Below, piece after piece: positions 11,031 to 23,269 of a stretch of 64,000 nucleotides of DNA. Source of the DNA: Eledone cirrhosa. Its lineage: Eukaryota. The translations under genes and the position numbers were made by a program. The notes below the pieces were generated by a model. The model saw nothing but the letters and a program-made list of their open reading frames with translations. It ran no database searches and was not told the DNA's origin. How positions within the stretch are numbered: position 1 is the stretch's first letter; every line of letters begins with the position of its first letter. The stretch lies in NCBI GenBank assembly GCA_964016885.1, contig OZ024748.1:26164001-26228000 (forward strand), in the 5' to 3' direction.

Positions 11031-11202
11031 GGAGGAAATGTGGTAAGGAACCAGGTGGACCATAACGCACCAAAGTACTCAATACTTAGGGTAGTAGAGT
11101 GGGTAATATATATATATAGGAACGAGTAGGACCCCGACGGCTGAGCTCCTATTACCCACTCTACTACCCTAAGTATTGAGTACTTTGGTGCGTTATGGTC
11201 CA
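11026..11202. repeat. Inverted duplication of a TA-associated repeat fragment
   Basis: 11056-11108 is the reverse complement of 11149-11202. Confidence 0.85.
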
Positions 11203-11203
11203 G

Positions 11204-11684
11204 TGAAGGCGTGTGGCTGAGTGGTTAGAGAATTTGATTCGCAATCGTAAGGTTGTGAGTTCGATTCCTGGACCAGGTGATGCGTTATGTCCTTGAGCAA
11301 GACACTTTATTTCACGTTGCTCCTTCTACCTGGAGTTGCGACCGATAGATAGTATTAGCAATTGGAAAGACCAACGGAAACATTGTTCCCTCGGTCCGAT
11401 TTGACGAAAGTCGATCGTTCCTTAAAAAATATATATATATAAAGGTCGTGAGTTCGATTCCCGTTGTGTCCTTGAGCAACACGCTTTATTTCACGTTACT
11501 CCAGTCCACTCAGATGGCAAAAATGGGTTGTACTTGTATTTCGAAGGAACAGCCTTGTCACATTCTGTGTCACGCTGTTGGGCGCGCGTGTTTGTGGTAT
11601 GCTTAGCCACTTGCACGTTAATTTCACGAGCAGGCTGTTCCGTTTATCGGATCAACTGGAACACTCGACGGAGTGCCTTCCATT

Positions 11685-11685
<1 letters not shown>
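11204..11685 (+). mobile_element. Two tandem tRNA-derived CORE-like SINEs (family B)
   Basis: A box TGGCTGAGTGG, B box GAGTTCGATTCC, CORE-like GTCCTTGAGCAAGACACTTTATTTCAC; second copy starts ~11443. Confidence 0.85.
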
Positions 11686-11731
<46 letters not shown>

Positions 11732-11877
11732 TGTATACATTGCTACATTGGAGGGAGGGGAATGGTGATTGCGGTAGTGGTGGAGGTTGTTGTTGTAGTG
11801 GTAAAGGAGGTAGGGTGTGGATGCAGCATGGTCGAATGGTTGAGGAATTCGCTTCGCAATCATTAAGTCCCGGGTTC

Positions 11878-13810
11878 GATTCCTCTGAAATGGAGGAGAT
11901 GACAACTCGGGATACTGAAAAATTAGAATTTCTTAACTCCCTTTCCTTTCTTCAGTACCATAAACCTCAACTTTGCAAGATTGAACTTCATCCTAGCCCA
12001 TGTGATCAGCTTGTAAGGTCCACATACTCTTTGGGAACCATGATGTTGTGATGATTAAGTCATCTATGTAAGCTTTTATCGAAGACTGACATACATCCAA
12101 CTTCGATAGATAGCCTCTATACTCCACCGGCTATTTTAACCATCCATCATGTCCTTGACAATGGCAAAAGGAATGATGGAGATGGTGTAACTTTTTATTA
12201 TTCTTTTCCCAAGATGGCATCAGCTTGCAATTACGGACCCAGAAGTGAGCCACATTATTGCAGTAATCCAGGATCAGGTTCTTCAGAAGTGAGCCACATT
12301 ATTGCAGTAATCTAGGATCAGGTTCTTCAGAAGTGAGCCACATTATTGCAGTAATCTAGGATCAGGTTCTTCAGAAGTGAGCCACATTATTGCAGTAATC
12401 TAGGATCAGGTTCTTCAGAAGTGAGCCACATTATTGCAGTAATCCAGGATCAGGTTCTTCAGAAGTGAGCCACATTATTGCAGTAATCTAGGATCAGGTT
12501 CTTCAGAAGTGAGCCACATTATTGCAGTAATCTAGGATCAGGTTCTTCAGAAGTGAGCCACATTATTGCAGTAATCTAGGATCAGGTTCTTCAGAAGTGA
12601 GCCACATTATTGCAGTAATCCAGGATCAGATTCTTCAGAAGTGAGCCACATTATTGCAGTAATCCAGGATCAGGTTCTTCAGAAGTGAGCCACATTATTG
12701 CAGTAATCCAGGATCAGGTTCTTCAGAAGTGAGCCACATTATTGCAGTAATCCAGGATCAGGTTCTTCAGAAGTGAGCCACATTATTGCAGTAATCCAGG
12801 ATCAGGTTCTTCTGAAGTGAGCCACATTATTGCAGTAATCCAGGATCAGGTTCTTCAGAAATGAGCCACATTATTGCAGTAATCCAGGATCAGGTTCTTC
12901 TGAAGTGAGCCACATTATTGCAGTAATCCAGGATCAGGTTCTTCAGAAGTGAGCCACATTATTGCAGTAATCCAGGATCAGGTTCTTCAGAAATGAGCCA
13001 CATTATTGCAGTAATCCAGGATCAGGTTCTTCAGAAGTGAGCCACATTATTGCAGTAATCCAGGATCAGGTTCTTCTGAAGTGAGCCACATTATTGCAGT
13101 AATCCAGGATCAGGTTCTTCAGAAATGAGCCACATTATTGCAGTAATCCAGGATCAGGTTCTTCAGAAGTGAGCCACATTATTGCAGTAATCCAGGATCA
13201 GGTTCTTCAGAAATGAGCCACATTATTGCAGTAATCCAGGATCAGGTTCTTCAGAAGTGAGCCATAGACATTTACTTGGTCTAGACAACTGGATCACCTC
13301 ATGGGCTTCTTTGATGACCTGTGATATTACAACAATGTGTTCCTAGAAACTAGATACTCCAGCAATCCCCAACCCATGCTGAACAGAGGGCCAATGGAAC
13401 TATTTCTGGGGATAAACTCAGTCAGCCTTCAGGATACAATGCTGAAATTGACCAACACTGAATTGATATTTGAGTTTTCCTCTTTGACGGTCTAAAACTC
13501 TTTCAGCCTGATGGTAAGTTAGAAGAGCGTGATGTGAGGAGTAACTGGGGCTCTGAGGAGTGAATCCTGGCCAAGATCCTTATGTGACTCATCAAGTTCA
13601 AGGCATGCGCTGCACCCCATTCTTTTGCTCCAAATATTTTACACTGGTACGGTGGGTTGTAAGGCTCCTTTTGTTCTTGCACAAGTTGCTGCTCGTGCAA
13701 TACGCAGTACTATTGCTTCCGTGTTCAGTTAACGTTTTACCCATCCTATTGGAGATCTTATCATCCCCACCCCTTACGGGATCTCCCGTGGGTGTCTTTA
13801 TCACATCCAT
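11878..13810 (-). mobile_element. Degraded, internally deleted HERO-clade non-LTR retrotransposon
   Basis: Minus strand gives N-terminal Zn-finger remnant NLCKNKRSLTTH and RT motifs FSIVS*RLTEF, EHIVVISQVIKEAHE, LDQVNVYGS, KNLILDYCNN, AYIDDLIITT, LITWARMKFNLAKLRFMVLKKGK, collinear with HERO RT as recalled. Confidence 0.8.
12240..13264. repeat. 44-bp minisatellite, 23 full units plus 13 bp, inside the HERO RT
   Basis: Unit CAGAAGTGAGCCACATTATTGCAGTAATCYAGGATCAGGTTCTT; period exactly 44 from 12240 to 13252. Confidence 0.97.
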
Positions 13811-13837
13811 GTTTATGTGTGTGTGTGTCTGTGTGTA

Positions 13838-13968
13838 CATGGCTTAGTGGTTAGAGCGTTGGACTTAGAATCGTGAGGTTGTGAGTTCGATTCCTGGACC
13901 GAGTAGTGTGTTGTCCTTGAGCAAGACACTTTATTACAGATTCCTTCAGTTCACTCGGCTGTAGAAAT
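13838..13968 (+). mobile_element. SINE family B
   Basis: A box TGGCTTAGTGG, B box GAGTTCGATTCC, CORE-like segment. Confidence 0.8.
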
Positions 13969-13980
13969 ATATATCCCCCC

Positions 13981-14024
<44 letters not shown>

Positions 14025-14144
14025 TGCATGTATGTGTGTACATGTTCATGTTATTTCTTTCTGCATGAGTACGAGGGACATATTTTAAAGGATTATTCAA
14101 AACATATTGATAGAGAAGGCACATTTTATTATCGTTATTAAATC

Positions 14145-14770
14145 TGTGGATTGGCAGTATCGGTAGAGGGTCGGACGCCATGCTTTCCAGCATAGTTACG
14201 TCCCTTCACGATCTGAGTTCAAATCCCGCCGAGGTTGACTTTGCCTTTCATCCTTACGGTGTCGATAAAATAAAGTACCAGTAATGCACTGGGTAATTTG
14301 CTGGCCTTGTGCCTAAAGTAGAAACAGTTATTAAATCTGAGGAAGGAAGGGTTGATGCAGCGGATGTAGCTGGCTGTTCTCCACGGCCAATGCTTTCATC
14401 TCGCTAACGGGACACATCTGACATATATCGCCCGGCCAAGGGTACAGAGCTTTCCCCCTCCTTTCTCCTTTTTTTATGACCTTTTTCGCTCTCCTCCTAT
14501 TTCTATTTCCTTGTTTATTATTTTAATTTTTTAAATGAATTCAAATCCCGCCGATGTTAACTTTGCCTTCCATCCTTACGGGGTCGATAAAATAAAGTAC
14601 CAGTAATGCACTGCAGTATATCGACTTTCCCCTCTCCCCAAATTGTTGGCTTTGTGCCTATCCCGCCGAGGTTAACTTTGCTTTTCATCCTTACAGGGTC
14701 GATAAAATGAAGTACCAGTAATACACTGAGATAATTGCTGGCCTTGTGCCAAAAGTAGAAACAATTATTG
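14145..14770 (+). mobile_element. Cluster of family A SINEs (full 14145-14332; two partial 14535-14770)
   Basis: TGGCAGTATCGG A box, GAGTTCAAATCC B box, conserved body and AGTAGAAACAATTATT tail. Confidence 0.85.
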
Positions 14771-14847
14771 TCTTACTTCTGTTCAACAATATATATTGAG
14801 AAAAATTTAAAAAACTGGAAAAAAATGTTTTAACTGTTTATAGACAG

Positions 14848-15000
14848 GGAGTTCACCCTTTAACAGTGGGATACATTCCACGGTATATAGAGATATTGGG
14901 TATCAATGTTAAAGCAGGTCATGGCGGGCTGGAAAGTGACAAATATTTGAATTTTGTAAACCACGCCAAAGTTATTCTAACAATTGACTTACTTCTGTAT
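14848..15000 (+). CDS. Candidate coding exon 2 of the host gene
   Basis: Acceptor TTTATAGACAG, 51 open codons GVHPLTVGYIPRYIEILGINVKAGHGGLESDKYLNFVNHAKVILTIDLLLY, donor GTAAGT at 15001; phase 0-0, in frame with exon 1 if the CAG rather than the TAG is used. Confidence 0.45.
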
Positions 15001-15684
15001 GTAAGTGTATGTGTTAAATGATTGATGTGTATGTTTGTGTGTCTGTGTCTGTGTTAATGAATTCATGTGTGTATATAAATGAATTTATGTGTGTATATGA
15101 ATGGGTGTATTACATGAACGTATATACTTGTTTGTTTTATGTGTTTTTTGTATGATAATGTGTGGGTGTGTATGGGTGGACGGGTGTAAGTATACACGCG
15201 TTTATATATTATGTGCATGACGTATATGTGTGAAAGGAGTTAAGTATAAACATGTGTATGTGCATGCATGCGTAGATGGGTGTGAGTAGACACATGTGTA
15301 TGTAAGTGTGTATACACCCATGTGTGAACCCGTTTGCTTGTAACAGCTATAGCTTTGCAATTCTTCAATATAATATTTTTGAAAATATTTCATTACGCCT
15401 GATTAACTCAGTAAAACAAGACAAACAAGCTCCTGGCGTGGTGATCCTCCGTGGCGGTTTCTATCCTAGGTTAAAGCCCTCAGATACATTGTTAACGACA
15501 CTGAAATAAAATATATGAATCTCTGTGGAAGAATGAAAAAAAAATAGTTCAAAACTTGCGAGAATGTTCCACTGAAGCCATAATTTATATGATAACCGTA
15601 ATAACAATATGACTGCGATATTTCAATAACAAGCGCAATACAATGGCCGCTGTATAGATTTTAGTAAAGGTGTATATAGTTGTA

Positions 15685-15940
15685 AGGCGGCGAATTGGCA
15701 GAGTTGTGAGAACGTCGGATAGAATGCTTTGCGGTATTCATTTCGGCTCTTTGAGGTCAACTTTACCTTTCATCCATTCGTGGTCGTTAAAAAAAAAGTA
15801 CCAGTTTATTACTGGGGTCGATTATTCTACTATATCTCTTTCTCACTTCCATTCTCTCACTCTCTATCTTTCTTTGGAGAAAATCTGCTGCATTCAGACC
15901 TGAAGATGAGATGGGCTCCGCCTGGTTTTAAAATGCTTTA
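15685..15940 (+). mobile_element. Family A-related SINE
   Basis: GGCGGCGAATTGGCAGAGTTG head, CTTTCATCCATTCGTGGTCG body, same 3' module as 10450-10535. Confidence 0.7.
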
Positions 15941-17037
15941 GAAATGTATATCAATACAACTCCCTCGGGAGTTACGGGACCAAGCATGCATTAATAGTTG
16001 TAGGGCTGCTAGGCCAAATGGTTAACAAGTTCCATTTGCAATCATTAGGTCCCAAGTTCGATCCCACTGCAAGGTACTTTGGGGTCGACCACCATGTTTT
16101 GTGAGTGAAATTGTGTAGAATGAAATTATTTGGATGTCCGTCAGATGGATCGTACATGTAATTTAAAGAGTCACTGCTTTCCTAATCTGGCTTTCTCCCA
16201 CCTGTTAAGGATCCTCTGAAGATGGTCATGAGCACTGCCTTTCCTCATCATATTGCAGAAAGAATCCATCCCACACTCCTAAATCCTTGTTTTCTAAACT
16301 GCTTTGTGTAGCATCACAACTTCCTGTTTTCGATTCAGTGAAAATTCATAGACTTAGCATAGGTTGTACAAAGGTGTATTTACTGACCTAATAAGTTGTC
16401 ATTAACTCAAATGTTTGTGGAACTCAATTTAGCTCAAATACAGTTGTATATTTGTTTACAAAACCCCCCAAAACGGTGCTTTACAGTCGAAGTCCCTTGA
16501 GATATTTGTTCTGTAACAAGTTATGAAGACTCTCTTATAACTGTGTACTGAATTAGGGATTGGTCTGCTGGAAACTTTTACCCAAACATTGCTATTGGAT
16601 AACAACTGCTATATAAACAAACATATAAGAATGGAATATATGTGTTTTCCTGATATCTTGTTAAGAAACAACGAAACAGTAAAATGTTTTAATACTAACC
16701 ACTGACTCCAAAGCAACAGAAAGCTGTTGCAAGTATAGCAAGTTGTAGGATATCATATAAAATACAGAATAAAATTGTTTTATGGAATTCCTGTTATTTC
16801 TGTTGATAAATGACAATCTTTCTTTCTCTTCTCCCCCTTTTCCTCTCCCGTGGTGTTGTAAGAAATGTAGACTGTATAATGTATAATGTATAATACATGT
16901 GTTGTCACAGTTGTGATATGTTAATCAAAGGTGATGAAGTCTGAAGGTAGAACAGATTGGGAAAGTTTGAGTCTGATTTGTTGGATGGGTTCCATGTGAG
17001 CATCAGAAAAGAACAATAAGAAAATATGCAGGTAGAA

Positions 17038-17435
17038 TCATGACAAAAAGCACCCAGTCCACCCTGTAAGGTGGTAGTACTGCTGTCATGACAAAAAGCA
17101 CTCAGTGCGCCATGTAAGGTGGTAGTACCAGTGTCATGACAAAAAGCACCTAGTCCACCTTGTAAGGTGGGTGTACTGCTGTCATGATAAAAAGCACTGT
17201 CCACCCTGTAAGGTGGTAGTACCAGTGTCATGACAAAAAGCACCCAGTCCACCCTGTAAGGTGGTTGTACCGGTGTCATGACAAAAAAGGTACCTAGTCT
17301 ACCCTGTAAGATGGGTGTACTGCCATGAGAAAAATAGCAGTTTTTTTCTACCCTGTAAGGTGGTTGTACTTGTGGCACAACAAAAATCACCCAGTCTACC
17401 CTGTAAGGTGGTTGTACTGGTGCCATGACAAAAGT
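17038..17435 (+). repeat. ~48-bp minisatellite, ~8 units, related to the RTE LINE 3'UTR
   Basis: Unit GTCATGACAAAAAGCACCCAGTCCACCCTGTAAGGTGGTAGTACTGCT; reverse-complement match to 17465-17510 and 56277-56322. Confidence 0.85.
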
Positions 17436-17439
17436 AGCA

Positions 17440-18030
17440 CACTTTTTGTCATGAGGCCTACAAGACCACTTTACAGTGTGGACTGGGTGCCTTTTGTCGT
17501 GACACCTACATGACCACTTTATAGTGGGAGGGAGGGGCATACTGTCTATATACTTCAGCTTTGGCCTGTGCCTGTGGGAAGCCGGGTCTTCTGTATTAGT
17601 GCATAACACCAGAGATCTTGGTTGTGTGTCATCACCTTTGAGAGGTGCAATTGGGCAAGGTCACCTTTTATAACCTCATCTCAAGTCTTCCTGGGTCTAC
17701 CCACTCCAAGGCTTCCATCGACTTTGAGTGCTCTGCACCTTTTTATGCTGCTGTCATCCTTCATACGCACATAGTATTTGATTCCTCTTATGTCTAGTTT
17801 CTCTCTGTTTGTTTATGCTTTGCCATTCACGTATATTACTATTACACATCCATTGGAGCATGCAAGCTTCATTTCTTTCCAATCTACACAAGTCTTCTGC
17901 ATACAGTGCCCAAGTCTCACCCTCATGCAACATTGCTGTTTGTATGCACGCATCGTACAGTCAACCCTTCATTTTGAGGGAAAAGCCTTTCATAACTTGC
18001 AGTGGTAGTAGCTCCCTGAATTTGTTCCAA
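17440..18030 (-). mobile_element. Degraded 3' fragment of the RTE LINE family at 56071-58232
   Basis: 17820-18030 aligns by eye to 56728-56940 (ACATCCAxxGGAGCATGCAAGCTTC); 3'UTR motif at 17465-17510. Confidence 0.8.
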
Positions 18031-18704
18031 TTGATTGTAAAATGTGTGTATTATTAAACTTTACCTCAGGTGTCAGGTTGACACCCGGCATGATTCAGGA
18101 AAGAAGCAGATTTCAAAGGAAGTTTTAAACAATAATCATAATAAAATAAAGAGAGGAGTGCGGGACTGTGTCCGGAATATATTTTTTTAATCCAGTTAGT
18201 AAAATAAGTTGGATTACTTTGAATAAATAATAAATGAATATTACATAATTTATGTACTAAATTTTGTAGCTGTTGATTAAACATAAATATTGTTATATAC
18301 AATGATTGCTTATTTTAAGATTCATTTCTTTTTAAATTTTCAAATGTCAACACTTCCAGTTATGATATAATGGACGCTATATCACATCGCTTATATAAAC
18401 GTTCATATATTTGCATCGTTATATCATAACGTTTATATTTCTCCTTTTTCGTTTTCATTACATTTCACCGTAATGCAGTTTATATATAATATTGTCTTTC
18501 TTAAATGTATCATGGATTACTTTACTGATTACAGAGGAGAGTGTAACACAGTCTCTCTTCAATTTCTGTGCATATTGTCAATTACGATTTTATTTGACGT
18601 GTCATATCTGCATGTATATATATTTGTGTATAATATCAATATGCATACTACACGTGCTAGCAGAAAACCACGCAAAGGGTGATTTTTCTGCTAGTAATAA
18701 TAAT

Positions 18705-18900
18705 AATTGTTTCTACTTTTGGCACAAAGCCAGCAATTACCCCAGTGCATTACTGGTACTTTATTTTATCGACGACCCCATAAGGATGAAAGGCAAAGTT
18801 AACCTTGGCGAGATTTGAACTCAGAATGGCAAGGGCCGTAACTCTATACATCAAAGCATGGCGTCCGACCCTCTACCAAAACTGCCAATCCACCGCCCCT
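18705..18900 (-). mobile_element. SINE family A (also partial copy at 19722-19822)
   Basis: Full-length reverse-complement match to 14145-14332. Confidence 0.85.
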
Positions 18901-19498
18901 AATAATAGTAATAATAATAATGGTGATGGTGGGAGTGATGATGATGGTTGTGATGACGATGATGATTATGAAAATGATACATTACAGGAAGACAAGATAT
19001 AAGCAGATGTTCCAATGAGCCTAGAACAACAGACAAATTCACTTGGTGACTACCAACATATTGTTTTACTTACATAACGCAGTAGTTTTCTTTAACAATG
19101 CTTATGTAAAACCAGTGAAGACTAGTTGACGAGTCATATTTCTAATAACAATGATATTCTTTTCCCAATTAGTCTCTCTCTATATCCTCCTCTCTCTCTA
19201 TCAGATCTCTCTTTCTCTCTCTGTTCGTTAAACCAGAATGTAATCTTATAGCTATATTCCTTTCTGTTGTCTGGTCACATTAAACAATACATGTATTGTT
19301 TATTATTCTATAGAAATTGTATGAGTCATAATCTTTTTTTTTTTCACTCTATTATACACATGTATAATATATACATCTACTTTTCTTATCAGATATGTAT
19401 TATTTCTCAACTTACAATTGCAGAATTTTGTAATGATATGGTTAAAAATGACAATCTTGCATTTATGGCAGTTGCTGTATCATATTCTTACATTTCAG

Positions 19499-19552
19499 CA
19501 AGAGGCCATCAGCTGCATTGAAATTTACAAATATCTTCAACATTTATTGAAA
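19499..19552 (+). CDS. Candidate coding exon 3 of the host gene
   Basis: Acceptor CATATTCTTACATTTCAG, QEAISCIEIYKYLQHLLK, donor GTAATT; 54 nt, phase 0-0. Confidence 0.35.
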
Positions 19553-20078
19553 GTAATTTTTTTTAAAGAATTGTCATTAGAGAAGTGAATATTAGAGATA
19601 GTAAGATGGTTGGATATAAGATGTCTGAAGGTGATCATTGTGTAGATGGAATCCACACATTGAGCTAAATGGCACACATTCACATGTTTACTATAGGTTT
19701 CCTGGTGCAAGCTTGACAATATAATTGTTTCTACATTATACAAGGCCACAATTACCCAGTGCATTACTGGTACTTTATTTTATCGACTCCGTAAGGATGA
19801 AAGGCAAAGTTAACCTCGGCAATATAATATCTTGATATCATTAAAATAGAATATATTATATTTTCTAACAATTTTTTTTCTATAAGACTTCTTCTGTATG
19901 TTTTAAAAAAAAAAATCTGCTTATGTTGTATCACCTCTCAAATGCAATCCCAAATGTATGGTAATATTAGTATGCATTTCAGCTAAGCATATGTCACCAG
20001 GTTGCAAACTGTCATATGGGTACATATATATATATATATAGAGAGAGAGATTTATATAAATGTGAGTGTGTGTGGGTG

Positions 20079-20110
<32 letters not shown>

Positions 20111-20871
20111 ATATTGGTGTGTGTGTATGAGTGTGCATGTCTGTATGTATGTAGGAATTCATGTCAAGACAATTGATACTAGGCGTCAGTGTGGTGAGGT
20201 AACTTTCTTCTATTCCAGTGCTGGGTGTGTTGTCAGTTGTAGTGTTATTTATCAATGGTGTTGATTGAGTTTCCTTAGTATTTGTCCTACATTTGGAATT
20301 GTATTGTTTCTTTTCTTTAGATGGTTTTGTCAAAAGGGATGGTCAATGCTCATGACATCTATATCATGGCATCTGCATCATGACATTTTTATCATGGCAT
20401 TTGTATTATGACATCTACATCGAGGCATCTGCATTAAGACATATGCATCAAGACATCTGTATCATTGTCAAAATTGAGATCAATGCTAGTCAACTGCTTA
20501 GATATATGTGTCAGGCAAGCTTCAGTGGAGGTTGTAAATAATTAACTATCTCTGAAGAGCAGAGACTGTTATAGTAGCAGTGGAAAAGTCAGATTGAGAA
20601 GACAGCAGATATGTGAACAGGGGACTGAAGTGTGTTGGTGTTAGGTGGCTTTCTTGTGGATACTATCTCAGACATTTGGGTATAGCAACAGCAGTAACAA
20701 CTTCCCAGCTGTTAAGTAACTACTCCAGTATATTACTTGAGCTTTATGTTTAGCAAGTATTTAGAACAGAAGTATTTGGGACAAGGTTTATTTGTTATGT
20801 AATCAATATAAGATCATTTGAGCTTTGAAGAAAATTAGTAAGTGTTTAGAATAGAAGTATTTGAGATGTGA

Positions 20872-22400
20872 TTTTTTTTTTATTGGCATCCGTCGGTCTC
20901 AAAAAACCGTGGATCTGCACTTGGAGAATTTTGTGTCAGCTGCTGATGGTGGTGCAGCATCTTCTGTGGCTGTACATGCCCACACAGGAGTGGCTGTCCT
21001 GTATACAGCAAGTGCATTTGAAAATTCTCTCCTCCAGTGCTACTGTGTTGTTCATTTTTCAAGCATGCTTTTCTTCAGAAGAAAGTTTCAGTTTCTCTTC
21101 CCCTCACTCCACCCCCTTATGTAGTACTCATCTTCACTGTGCCCAATCATCAGCAACCTTCTCCTATCTCTGGGTGTCCAGATCTATTAACTTTATATCC
21201 CTCCTGTAGATGTCTTTGAAATGGTGATGCTCTAGTGCCAGTGGCCAGTTCCCCATACAGTAGGTCTTTTGGTATCCTCCCGTCCAGCATACAATGTATG
21301 AGACCAAACCAACACAGACACTGCAGTTTGAACAGGGTGTATATGCTGGGTATCTTGGCATGGTTGAGGACTTCAGTATTGGTGACCCGGTCGGTCCATT
21401 TGATATCCAAAATGTATCCCAGGCAGAAGGTACAAAACATTGAGATGCTGCTTCTGTCCAGAGTAGAGGCTTCATGTCCCGCTGCCGTAAAGTAGTGTGC
21501 TGAAGACACACACCTTGTAGACAGCAATCTTGGTGTTTGTAGTTAGTTTTCTCTTCTCCCAGATTGTCTTCGTCAGCCTGGAAAATGTGGAGCTTGCTCA
21601 TCCAACTCTGCTGCTGATCTCGGGCTCCAGGGAAAGGTTGTCAATGATGGTAGAGCCGAGGTAGATGAATTCATGGATCACCTCCAGCTCGTACTTGTTG
21701 AAGGTGATGGTGGGAGGTGGGGTGCTTGACATTTTGGCTCAGTATGTTGGTTCTTCAGACTAATGGTTGGGCTGAATTCCTGGCAGGCCCTCGAGAGTTT
21801 GTTCATGAAGTGCTGCATTTGCTCCTGGGAGTGTGCTGCCAATGCTGCGTCATCCACAAACAGCATTTCTCTGATGAGCACTTGATGAACCTTGGATTTC
21901 TCTTACAGTCTTGACAGATTAAACAGCTTCCCGTCTGATCTGGTGTGGAGGTAGACACCATCAGTTGATGTTCCAAATGTATGTTTTAGCATGACTGCGA
22001 AAAAGATGCCAAACAGGGTAGGAACTAGCACACAGCTCTGCTTCACACTGCTGCATATGTTAAATGCCTCCAAAGAAGACCCACCAAATTGAAAGACACC
22101 TTTCATATTTGAATTAAACAATTGGACTATCCTAAGAAGTCTTGAAGGACAACAAATCCTGGCAAGGATTTTGAACAGGCCATCTCTACTAATTAGGTTG
22201 AATTCCTTCATGAGGTTGATGAAGGTGATGTAGAGTGGTTGCCTTTGCTTTTGGCACTTCTGTAGCTGTCGAAGGGAGAAGATCATGTCAAAGGTTGAAC
22301 GTTCTGACCTGAAACCACACTGAGATTCGGGGTATACCCTTTCAGAGAGTTTCTGTAGTTTGTTCAGGACCACACAGGCAAAGACCTTCCCAACGATAAT
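20872..22400 (-). mobile_element. 5'-truncated RTE (BovB-like) LINE with frameshifted RT
   Basis: PESQCGFRSERSTFDMIFSLRQLQ, VKQSCVLVPTLF, EMLFVDDAAL, GRIPKDLLYGEL; 3' end GAGACCGACGGATGCCAATA + A tail; possible ATGTG TSD. Confidence 0.9.
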
Positions 22401-22944
22401 ATGTGGTTTATTTGCTATGTAATCAATATACGATGGTGAGGACATAACTTCAGTGATATTGAGACCTAGCATTTGTTCACCAAATTGTTATAAAATAAAT
22501 AACATGTAATTTGGAATAGGAATTACAATTTTTTTCTTTCAAACTTTCTGGGTTTCTTACAATAATAGTTACTTTCTAGGGCATGTATGGGGAAAAGGGT
22601 GGGGGTGGACCTAATTAAATTCTTTAAGAGAATGGGAGAAAAAGAAACAGAAAGATGGAGTGGTTGATCCAGTGAAAAGCTATTTATATCGAGTAACAGG
22701 AAAAGAGTGAAGAGATTCGAAGTAGTTATCACTTGTTGACACCTTCAAGAGATCTTTGACCTTTGCATGCATGAGACTCCTGGGACTTCTATATGGGAGG
22801 AAATATTATAGTTAACTAAATTAATAAATGTAGGTGAATTCTGAAGAAGTGAGTGTGTCACTGTTTAAAGAAGAACAACAGAAACTTGGGGGAATTAATA
22901 ATTTTGGAGATGATCTGAGAACATGTGTTGAAACTAAAACAATT

Positions 22945-23225
22945 TAGCCTGCTCCTGAAATTAAAGTGGCCGAGCATTCCACAAACATATGCACCATTAA
23001 GATTTTTCATAGAGATTTGTGTGACAAGGCTAGCCATTTGAATAACAGGTACAGTCCATCTGACAGGCTTCCAAACAGTTTCTATCTACCCAATTTCACT
23101 CACAAGGCATAGGTCAACCCAAAGCTATGATAGATGACATTTGCTCCAGATGCCATGCAGTGGGATTGAACCTGAGAATGGATAATTACAAAGCAAACTC
23201 TTTAACCATTTAGCCAAGTTGCATC
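22945..23225 (-). mobile_element. Degenerate family C SINE
   Basis: Minus strand TGGCTAAATGGTTAAAGAGTTTGC...GGTTCAATCCCACTG head; body related to 5150-5475. Confidence 0.6.
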
Positions 23226-23269
23226 CACATGTCTACATACATGGGAGGTAGAGGTTGAAAGGAACTCCC

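Noticed and set aside
11204-11280. tRNA genes at A/B-box motifs (also 13838, 14145, 26137, 45393)
   Set aside because: No complete cloverleaf or acceptor stem; each runs into a multi-copy SINE body.
12240-13264. CRISPR-like regular array (also 9590-10146 and 38000-39555)
   Set aside because: Head-to-tail units with no unique spacers, no cas genes, eukaryotic context.
15395-15501. Minus-strand exon-like segment with strong acceptor (also 8406-8481)
   Set aside because: Stops in all three frames at 15395-15501 and no coherent spliced ORF; an antisense non-coding transcript cannot be supported from sequence alone.
16905-17609. 234-aa ORF with repeated PPYRVD motifs
   Set aside because: Reads through the 48-bp LINE-UTR-derived array; unit length divisible by 3 explains the open frame.
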